The notes under the pieces are model-generated. The model had not been told where the DNA came from. It did no database searches and worked only from the letters and a program-made list of their open reading frames with translations. A stretch of DNA of 64,000 nt from a virus: IMG/VR virus record IMGVR_UViG_3300042890_001842, positions 32,001 through 96,000 of that record. One strand, 5' to 3'. The translations under genes and the position numbers were made by a program. This document shows positions 49,229 through 56,610 of this stretch, piece by piece (position 1 is the stretch's first letter; each line of letters opens with the position of its first letter).

Positions 49229-49918
49229 TTATGCATCTATATTTTTAAACATCCAGTGGCTTGGAACCATATACTTAAACCCACTTTTAACTAGATGTGC
49301 TGTATGGTGATATGGTGGAGATGATGGGAAGATAACAATACTGCCAGCCTTTGGCTTAATTGAAACAGTAAGCGCTTCTTTATTTTCTTTAGCGGCAACA
49401 TCAAAATCTTCAGAAGGCTTGCCTTCAATAATGGGAGCATCTGGAGATTTGATTGTGAATGAAAGCTCTCCACCCTCATAATCGTCATTCAAATACATTA
49501 CCATAGAATACTTTAATCTTTTATCGCCCTCTTGCTGGTCATAATGTGCTCCCATAAACGTCCCAGCTTTATACTTTTTGATTGGAAAAACTGGGTAGAA
49601 ATTTGGTTCTTCTTGATCTCCTTGTGCCAAGGCGTAGTCTTTGCATGCTTCATAGAATGCATTATTTATAGCATGAAAAATATAACTTACATCATTAGAA
49701 TCTGCTGGCTGAGATTTCTCATCTTCATTAGCATAAATAATTTTTTCTGTTCCGTAGTTATACATTTGACCACTACATGAGTCCCAGCTAGACCATTTTG
49801 ATATAGAGCTACCAAAGTCTTTAAACTCAGTTGACTCAATAACCTCTAATAGCTTTTTTGGATCCTCAAAAACATCTGTATAGTAATAAATCTTTTCTTC
49901 TAACACTTCTCTATTCAT
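49229..49918 (-). CDS. 2OG-Fe(II) oxygenase, prolyl-4-hydroxylase-like (#5)
   Basis: HYD, YLNDDYEGGEL, distal H, and K in GFKY; AAGGAG RBS before MNREV. Confidence 0.88.
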   Translation of the reverse strand: MNREVLEEKIYYYTDVFEDPKKLLEVIESTEFKDFGSSISKWSSWDSCSGQMYNYGTEKIIYANEDEKSQPADSNDVSYIFHAINNAFYEACKDYALAQGDQEEPNFYPVFPIKKYKAGTFMGAHYDQQEGDKRLKYSMVMYLNDDYEGGELSFTIKSPDAPIIEGKPSEDFDVAAKENKEALTVSIKPKAGSIVIFPSSPPYHHTAHLVKSGFKYMVPSHWMFKNIDA

Positions 49919-50657
49919 TATCGTCTCCTTTAAATTTATACTTTTGTCCATCTAAATCAAGCTTGTATCCTTCTTTTAATAGCTCTTGCCATTCTGATCT
50001 TTCAACTTCTTGAGCCTCTCTAATCTTCTTCATTTCTTCAGCCCAAGCATCTCTAACTTCTTGAGGATAATCTGATTCTGCTCTATCATCCCAGAAAGAT
50101 CCAATCGTATACCTTGTTCCTTTTGTAATTATAGTAACCTCATGCATATTTTCAAAACCTCCGTCAAATGCCGCAAGCATCCCTACCTTTGGTTTAATTG
50201 TTAAATTCTGAGAAGGAAAGCTTAGTAGTCCGCCTTCAAAATCATCATTAAGATATAAAAATGCTGCGTATCTACTTCTAGCAAAAGGACCTGTATTTCC
50301 CTTTTCATCAGTATTGTCTGAGTGTATTCTGGCATATGCGCCTGGCTCCCATTTTTGAGTATGAAAACCTATTTCGAAAATACTAGACACGTCCTTATTT
50401 CCAACCTCTGCAATTGACTCTATAAATTTATTCTTTAAATTAGAAAAAAAGTTAGAAGGCAGCCCAAATTCCTCTAACTCTGAGTCTTTATCTTGTGGCG
50501 TAACTGAAGAGTATGACTCGTAAAAAGAAATTGGCATCCAAGAAATCTTTCCATTAGACGCTTGCTTATCCAATACTTTTATTACAGCAGAACATTCTTC
50601 TGGCGAAAGAAAATCTTCATAAACAAAAATATTATTAGTATGTTTAATTAAATTCAT
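49911..50657 (-). CDS. 2OG-Fe(II) oxygenase, prolyl-4-hydroxylase-like (#4)
   Basis: HSD, YLNDDFEGG and HEV...GTRY. Confidence 0.88.
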   Translation of the reverse strand: MNLIKHTNNIFVYEDFLSPEECSAVIKVLDKQASNGKISWMPISFYESYSSVTPQDKDSELEEFGLPSNFFSNLKNKFIESIAEVGNKDVSSIFEIGFHTQKWEPGAYARIHSDNTDEKGNTGPFARSRYAAFLYLNDDFEGGLLSFPSQNLTIKPKVGMLAAFDGGFENMHEVTIITKGTRYTIGSFWDDRAESDYPQEVRDAWAEEMKKIREAQEVERSEWQELLKEGYKLDLDGQKYKFKGDDNE

Positions 50658-51325
50658 GGCTTGTTGTCTCCAGTGTGCTCTATAATTGTCCAAAAAAATG
50701 GACATGTGTATCTAATACCACTTTTAATTTCAGTTACTCCATGGATAAAATTCTTATCTCCTGGGAAGAAGTAGGCTGCTCCACGCTTTGGCTTAAACTG
50801 AATTCCTTGTAATGGAAAATATAACTCTCCGCCTTCGTAGTCATCATTTAAGTAAAATAAACTTGCTATGTCATAGTAAGGAAAATCATTTGGCAATCCA
50901 GCATCAGGTCCATCATGAAGTTCTTTATCTGCATGCGGATTTTGCAACTGTCCTGGCAGCCATCTAACTATTGTTTGTCCTGTTGGAACTGCCACTACAT
51001 TATAAAAATTTTCAATTACTGGCTTAAGCTTTTTAAATAATCCTTCTATTACTGGGCCTATCTCTGGGTCATTCTTATCTAACGAAGGTCTGCTAGCCAC
51101 TCTATCTTTCCAATAATCTGCATCATAGATAACTGTTCCATTTTCATTCGTATGACTTTCAGTAACATCCCAAATTTTAATATTTCTAGCAGAGTTTTCT
51201 AAAAAGTTAATCTCATCCTCAGTCATGAAGTTTTCTAGCTCGACTATCATATCTTTACTATTTCCAAAAAATCCAGACGGGGTGATTGACTTTCTTTCTT
51301 CGTGGCTCATATTCATTATATCCAT
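50654..51325 (-). CDS. 2OG-Fe(II) oxygenase, prolyl-4-hydroxylase-like (#3)
   Basis: HAD, YLNDDYEGGEL and HGV...GIRY; leaderless TGGTATAAT-N6-ATG promoter. Confidence 0.88.
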   Translation of the reverse strand: MDIMNMSHEERKSITPSGFFGNSKDMIVELENFMTEDEINFLENSARNIKIWDVTESHTNENGTVIYDADYWKDRVASRPSLDKNDPEIGPVIEGLFKKLKPVIENFYNVVAVPTGQTIVRWLPGQLQNPHADKELHDGPDAGLPNDFPYYDIASLFYLNDDYEGGELYFPLQGIQFKPKRGAAYFFPGDKNFIHGVTEIKSGIRYTCPFFWTIIEHTGDNKP

Positions 51326-51327
51326 AA

Positions 51328-52053
51328 TTACATTATACCATTTCTCTTTTTGGTATTGTCTAGCACTGAAAGTCTTATTACTTTTGTTTCATGAGAACCA
51401 AGGCTTTCACCCTTTTCATTGACAGCATCTCTATACCAATCTGTCCATTTTCCCTGTTGATTTATTTCTTGAGCTGCATTTCCATAGGATCTATGTGCGT
51501 TTTCTCTTTTTCTATCAGGATCAGAATAATCAAAAACATTAATTTCTGTGTCATTCATAGAAGTTAATGATATGGGAATAATTGTTGCTAACGGAGTACC
51601 AGACTTTATAACTATATTTTTATTTGCTGACCTGGCCTTGATTGCCAACGGTAAAGATACATCAAGCCAAGATGTACTTATCAATGAAGACATTGTTTCA
51701 AAGTCTTCATTAAAATAATTAACTGGGTTTATAGTCATAAGGCTAATATTCTTATCTGTTCTAAAAGTTAATCCAGTATTAAAACTTACAGTAGACTGCC
51801 CTCTTCCAGAATAAGTAAATTCTATCCCTTTTGTAATCTGGACATTGTCTGAACTTGTGTCGTTAATTCCATTCCAAGTAAACTCAACATCTTTTTCTGA
51901 ATATAAATACCATCCAACCATATTTGCCTGTGTTACTGGAAAGCATCTATAAGCATGCTTTTCTGGTGTATCGTCCATCCAATCTCTTTTGATTGACATT
52001 GGTGCTATAGATATAACAGAGTCCATAGACTTTTCAACAGATATATTAAGCAT
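51328..52053 (-). CDS. DUF6065-like protein
   Basis: RDWMD...HAYRCFP..AN..GW and GTPLATIIPI. Confidence 0.6.
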   Translation of the reverse strand: MLNISVEKSMDSVISIAPMSIKRDWMDDTPEKHAYRCFPVTQANMVGWYLYSEKDVEFTWNGINDTSSDNVQITKGIEFTYSGRGQSTVSFNTGLTFRTDKNISLMTINPVNYFNEDFETMSSLISTSWLDVSLPLAIKARSANKNIVIKSGTPLATIIPISLTSMNDTEINVFDYSDPDRKRENAHRSYGNAAQEINQQGKWTDWYRDAVNEKGESLGSHETKVIRLSVLDNTKKRNGIM

Positions 52054-52709
52054 TAGTCCTCGTCTGGTCGATACATCTCAGGGGTATGAAACTTTTTATT
52101 GTAGTCAAGCATTGTTACAATTGAATACTTTGTACCGCTATGGACTGGCATCGCTCTGTGTGGGTACATGAAATTTGATGGGAATATATATAGATCTCCA
52201 GCTTTTGGTTTAATGCTTAAATCTTGAAGTCTAAAGTAAAGTTCTCCACCTTCGTAATCATCATTAGGATAAGCAACTAAAGAAACAGTACAGTTGTAAG
52301 AAAAACCATGATCATGGTGCTCTTGAAAGTGTTGTCCTGGACCATACTTAATAAAATTAAATGCTTCCCAGTATTTTAACTCCATAATATTATAGTCTCG
52401 TCTATAATCATCAACTGCAGCAGATTGAGCATCATATACATCCTGCCACAAATTTTGTAGTTGTAAAGAAGTCTCACTTTTATCAAACTGTAAGTCAGTC
52501 TTTTTAAATTTAAAATCTGTGCAGTCTCTATAGTCTGGCATCAATTCTTTATACCCAACATATGCTGGCTGCCAAGCATATCTATTTGTTGTTCCAACTG
52601 GTGCTAACAAATTATTTAAACGATTTATTACATCAAACTCTGGCTTGATGACATTTGAATAGCGAACAATACCATTTCCAAGATTTTCTTTATCTGTCCA
52701 TGTTTTCAT
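52053..52709 (-). CDS. 2OG-Fe(II) oxygenase, prolyl-4-hydroxylase-like (#2)
   Basis: HHD, YPNDDYEGGEL, FPSNFMYPH and GTKY. Confidence 0.88.
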   Translation of the reverse strand: MKTWTDKENLGNGIVRYSNVIKPEFDVINRLNNLLAPVGTTNRYAWQPAYVGYKELMPDYRDCTDFKFKKTDLQFDKSETSLQLQNLWQDVYDAQSAAVDDYRRDYNIMELKYWEAFNFIKYGPGQHFQEHHDHGFSYNCTVSLVAYPNDDYEGGELYFRLQDLSIKPKAGDLYIFPSNFMYPHRAMPVHSGTKYSIVTMLDYNKKFHTPEMYRPDED

Positions 52710-52713
52710 AACA

Positions 52714-53496
52714 TTACCTATATTCTCTTCTAGACCAAACTTTGTCCTTATAGACTCCACCATCTGGAACCCTATATTTTTTAGCGTTATTAAAAAATTC
52801 TAATTGTATTTCTCTTTCAGACAACAACTGTTTCTCATGATACCAGTTTTCTCTTTTAAATGGAAGTACTTGCATATATGGGGTTCCTGCTGGTATTGTT
52901 CCTTCCCAATCTTTTATAACAAAAAATGGAAATGATCCAGAAAGATTAACCTTATCATTATCAACAACGCCAGTTGTATTTAAAAATGGCAAGTCAAATC
53001 TATTCATTGGAGTCATGTATAAACAACTATATCCTTCTGGAACAACTAAACCCCAGTCTGGAAACCATGAGAAGTGGTCTTCATAATATCCTGTTGGATG
53101 CTTAAATTGTGGCATTGGAGGACGTTTAGTGCAAAAAGATTTATATCTTTCGTCTTCAACTTTTACATCTATCTTTCCATAGTCATTTTTAAAAAATGTA
53201 ATATCGCAAGGAGTTTTTAAAACATACCCAGTCATAAATGCATCTAGAATAGCTGGACATGCTTTCCAGGTTGGAATCATGCCATAGTCATTAGTTGTAC
53301 CTTCTTTTGGAAATGGACAGACTGCTTGCGGAGCTTTATAATATTCTCCATTTGGCATCTTTGCAAATCTATCTGCCTCTTTATACCAATCTGGAATCTC
53401 TGATTGTGTTGGAGATGGTACTGATGGACTATTTTCTGTCAACGAAGGATTAGTCCCTCTAAATAAAATTAAATGGCTTGAATCTTCATTTTGCAT
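52714..53496 (-). CDS. Conserved phage protein, DUF6065-related
   Basis: PDWYK, K.CPAILD...GY, TGVVD.D and GTPYMQVLPFKRE; same layout as 51328-52053. Confidence 0.55.
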   Translation of the reverse strand: MQNEDSSHLILFRGTNPSLTENSPSVPSPTQSEIPDWYKEADRFAKMPNGEYYKAPQAVCPFPKEGTTNDYGMIPTWKACPAILDAFMTGYVLKTPCDITFFKNDYGKIDVKVEDERYKSFCTKRPPMPQFKHPTGYYEDHFSWFPDWGLVVPEGYSCLYMTPMNRFDLPFLNTTGVVDNDKVNLSGSFPFFVIKDWEGTIPAGTPYMQVLPFKRENWYHEKQLLSEREIQLEFFNNAKKYRVPDGGVYKDKVWSRREYR

Positions 53497-54203
53497 TAAT
53501 GAGACCTACTGCTTAAATCAGTCATAACGACTACACAGTATTTAGTACCACTCTTCATTGGTAAAGAGGCATGTTCATAAATATAGTTTGAAGGAAATAC
53601 TGCTATGTCGCCAGACTTTGGAGTATAAACCAAATTATCTAGTCGTGGAAACTGAAGCTCTCCTCCTTCATAGTCATCATTTATATATATAACAGCTGAA
53701 ACTGTGCAGTTGTAAGCTGGACCATGGTCTGCGTGTATTCTGAAATGCTTTCCTTCTCCTTCATACTTTACAAAGTTAAAAGCTTCGTAATACGTGATAT
53801 TAATTCCCCAGTATCTACAGTAGTCGTCTATACACAACTTAAGCTTTTCATAAATCTCTTGATGCAAATCAATTAGCTCTGCATTGTTATCATTCCTTGG
53901 ACCAAGGTTTTCTTGCTTATATCTAAAATCAACACAGTCTCTGGCTTTTTTAATTGGAGTTGTTGAGTTTGTTACTTGAGCCTCAGACCATGTATAAAAT
54001 TTTCCGTCTGTCAAATTTGACTCAAGAGTAGAAATATATCTTGTTGCATCTTCTGTTGAAAAAACATTATGATAAATATTTAGACCTAGACCAGGGTTTG
54101 TTGTTGTTATTGAACTGTTAACCTGTCTTTCAGTCATTCTGTTTGCAGCTGTTTCTGATCTATCTTTGTTGAACCAATGATCTTGTTGGTCTGGGTATTC
54201 CAT
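53496..54203 (-). CDS. 2OG-Fe(II) oxygenase, prolyl-4-hydroxylase-like (#1)
   Basis: HAD, YINDDYEGGEL, FPSNYIYEH and GTKY; close paralog of 52053-52709. Confidence 0.88.
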   Translation of the reverse strand: MEYPDQQDHWFNKDRSETAANRMTERQVNSSITTTNPGLGLNIYHNVFSTEDATRYISTLESNLTDGKFYTWSEAQVTNSTTPIKKARDCVDFRYKQENLGPRNDNNAELIDLHQEIYEKLKLCIDDYCRYWGINITYYEAFNFVKYEGEGKHFRIHADHGPAYNCTVSAVIYINDDYEGGELQFPRLDNLVYTPKSGDIAVFPSNYIYEHASLPMKSGTKYCVVVMTDLSSRSH

Positions 54204-54253
54204 TAAATTATTCCTGTCTCTATAAGTAAATTATACAATATTTTGTTAATTTT

Positions 54254-54496
54254 TTAAAGTGGTTCTTTTTTCCATTTTTTAATTGGACATTCAGCATCTG
54301 CAAGCATTGTTTTTGCAGGCATGAAACAACCACACAATTTACACTGTTTTGTTATTTGAATAAAATTTTCACAAGACATACACGTGTCAAGTCTACTTTT
54401 AATAATAGACTGATCTTCTATACGCTTCCCTGAATCTAATATGTGCCATGGTCTTGAGTCACCAAGAGATTTTTTCCACTCTTCCCATTTTGACAT
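54254..54496 (-). CDS. Small Cys-rich metal-binding protein (DUF6171-like)
   Basis: RL..CxxC...QCxxCGCFM..K......CP..KW. Confidence 0.7.
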   Translation of the reverse strand: MSKWEEWKKSLGDSRPWHILDSGKRIEDQSIIKSRLDTCMSCENFIQITKQCKLCGCFMPAKTMLADAECPIKKWKKEPL

Positions 54497-54498
54497 AC

Positions 54499-54936
54499 TT
54501 ATTCTGGTCCTCTGAAGCTAGAACCGTTCCAAATATCTCCTTTTGATACAAACTGATCATCTTGTATCTTTAAGAAAACAATATCCTGTGCAAATGCTGC
54601 CTCAAACATATCGTCATTTAAAGTTTCTTTTGTTTGAAAAAATGTCAAAAATATTTTATTATCACATAAAATAGAGTAAGTTCTTGTAAAATCCCAATTT
54701 AAATTCATTGGTTCAAAAGAATCTCCTCCTGAAAAAGAATTACCATCCCAAACTGCATTAGTACACGCAGCATTTTGAAATGGAGAAGTGTTCATTCCAG
54801 TAATAGGGAGACCACTATTAATTGCATTTTCGCATCTTTCTATAAATGGTGCTGGTGGGTTTGAGTGATCTGTTTGAACCTTAAATATTTCATATTCAGT
54901 TTCATTTATTTTAGTACCAATAGCATATCTATACAT
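54499..54936 (-). CDS. Hypothetical protein with duplicated W[DN]G.SF motif
   Basis: AVWDGNSF and DIWNGSSF; AGAGGA RBS. Confidence 0.65.
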   Translation of the reverse strand: MYRYAIGTKINETEYEIFKVQTDHSNPPAPFIERCENAINSGLPITGMNTSPFQNAACTNAVWDGNSFSGGDSFEPMNLNWDFTRTYSILCDNKIFLTFFQTKETLNDDMFEAAFAQDIVFLKIQDDQFVSKGDIWNGSSFRGPE

Positions 54937-54999
54937 ATATCCTCTTTTCTAAACTAATAATATCATATAAAAATAAACATTTCAATAGCAAATAACTAT

Positions 55000-55881
55000 T
55001 TAAACTGCACAGTCACAATTACAACCAGGTCCAAAACTTCCAGGATAACATCCACCACAGTTTGCTCCACAGCTTGCAAAGGTTGGGAAGTAAGGGAAGA
55101 ACGGGAAGTACGGGAAGTACGGTGGGAAGAACGGGAAGAACGGTGGGAAGAACGGGAAGAACGGGAAGAACGGGAAGAACGGGAAGTACGGGAAGTACGG
55201 TGGGAAGAACGGGAAGAACGGTGGGAAGAACGGGAAGAACGGGAAGAATGGGAAGTACGGGAAGTACGGGAAGTACGGTGGGAAGAACGGGAAGAACGGT
55301 GGGAAGAACGGGAAGAATGGGAAGAACGGGAAGTACGGGAAGTAAGGGAAGAATGGTGGGAAGAATGGGAAGAACGGTGGGAAGAACGGGAAGAACGGTG
55401 GGAAGAACGGGAAGAACGGGAAGAATGGGAAGTACGGGAAGTAAGGGAAGAATGGTGGGAAGAATGGGAAGAACGGTGGGAAGAACGGGAAGAACGGTGG
55501 GAAGAACGGGAAGAACGGGAAGAATGGGAAGTACGGGAAGTAAGGGAAGAATGGTGGGAAGAATGGGAAGTACGGTGGGAAGAATGGGAAGTAAGGTGGG
55601 AAGAACGGGAAGAATGGGAAGTACGGGAAGTAAGGGAAGTACGGGAAGAAAGGTGGGAAGAATGGGAAGTACGGTGGGAAGAACGGGAAGAACGGTGGGA
55701 AGAACGGGAAAAATGGGAAGTAAGGTGGGAAGAAAGGAAAATAAGGAGGAAAGAACGGAAAGAAGGGAGGAAAGAACGGAAAGTAAGGTGGGAAGAACGG
55801 TGCAGAAACAATAGTAGCCATAGTAACTCCTGTGGCTTTTTTATTTTTTTTGTCTTTGCTATCGTTTCCTCTTGATGCCAT
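55000..55881 (-). CDS. Pro/Phe/Tyr-repeat protein (293 aa): 27-aa basic leader, 241-aa P(P)[F/Y]F array, 25-aa six-Cys tail
   Basis: TAATG coupling to the upstream fibre gene; variation in the array is synonymous or F/Y only in this frame. Confidence 0.8.
   Translation of the reverse strand: MASRGNDSKDKKNKKATGVTMATIVSAPFFPPYFPFFPPFFPFFPPYFPFFPPYFPFFPFFPPFFPFFPPYFPFFPPFFPYFPYFPYFPFFPFFPPYFPFFPPYFPFFPPFFPYFPYFPFFPFFPFFPPFFPFFPPFFPFFPPFFPYFPYFPFFPFFPFFPPFFPFFPPFFPFFPPFFPYFPYFPFFPFFPFFPPFFPFFPPYFPYFPYFPFFPFFPFFPPFFPFFPPYFPYFPFFPFFPFFPFFPPFFPFFPPYFPYFPFFPYFPTFASCGANCGGCYPGSFGPGCNCDCAV
55078..55800. repeat. 723-bp purine-rich tandem array of 9-bp (GGGAAGWAH) and 12-bp (GGTGGGAAGAAY) units with a 99-bp higher-order period
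   Basis: Directly visible in the sequence. Confidence 0.97.
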
Positions 55882-56573
55882 TATGAGATTCCATTTCCTC
55901 CGATAAGCCACTCAGTAGTATTTATTTTTACGAGTGTACACATTCCATTTGAGGCAAGTGTTCTTCCAGATCCAGTGGTTGCAGTATTTGCTAATCTTAA
56001 TGTATCAGTAGTTATATTTATAGTTGTAGAAATACCATTACCATTAATAATAACAATCGATGTACCAATTGGAAATGCTGTAGCACTATTTGCTGGAATT
56101 GTTATTGTTTGTCCAGATGTTGTGGTCATATAAATATGCTTGCCAGCATCTGAGGCAGCTAATGTTCTTCCGCCAGATGTTACTGCAACTTGTGGCATAC
56201 CCATATATCCTGCACTAGCTGCAGCTGTGGAAGTAGTACCATCTGCAGGAAATGCAGTAGTTTTAATTGTAGAAGATCCAAGAGTAATACCAGTAACAGT
56301 TGATGTAAATATACTTGCTGCAGATGCGTTATTTGATCCAATTGTAGGGGATGCGTAGTTAAGGTTTACTGCACCAGTAAAAGATGCTCCAGATAGTGCC
56401 GCATAAGTAGAAGAAGCTGTTCCAGTTGTTAAGTAGGTTGAAGAGTCTACAGATCCATTAGCTTTAAGAAATTGAGAGGCGGTGCCTCCAGTAATAGCAA
56501 GAGAGGTGCCAGTAATAGTACCACCTGCATCAATACCGTTCTTTACTCTAAAGTTTTTATCTTGTGTTGCCAC
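55881..56573 (-). CDS. Fibre-like virion protein
   Basis: MATQDKNFRVKNG start; QFLKANGS; C-terminal TL..SDAGK...TITIP...FPIGT...W.I.G domain. Confidence 0.65.
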   Translation of the reverse strand: MATQDKNFRVKNGIDAGGTITGTSLAITGGTASQFLKANGSVDSSTYLTTGTASSTYAALSGASFTGAVNLNYASPTIGSNNASAASIFTSTVTGITLGSSTIKTTAFPADGTTSTAAASAGYMGMPQVAVTSGGRTLAASDAGKHIYMTTTSGQTITIPANSATAFPIGTSIVIINGNGISTTINITTDTLRLANTATTGSGRTLASNGMCTLVKINTTEWLIGGNGIS

Positions 56574-56610
56574 AGAAGTTCACCTATCCCTTCTTAATAT
56601 ATAGTATGTA

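Noticed and set aside
55078-55800. Possible CRISPR array, given the Cas4-like gene at 3689-4477
   Set aside because: No unique spacers and the units are only 9-12 bp; stand-alone Cas4-like nucleases are common in phages and no other cas genes are present
17324-55800. Diversity-generating retroelement (template/variable repeat pair)
   Set aside because: No reverse transcriptase in the window, and the differences between the two repeat copies are not adenine-specific
55062-55814. Plus-strand (GRT)n ORF and minus-strand Ser/Arg/His-rich ORF (54996-55811) across the repeat
   Set aside because: Shadow frames of a stop-poor repeat; variation is non-synonymous in them, they lack good starts, and the plus-strand one opposes all other genes
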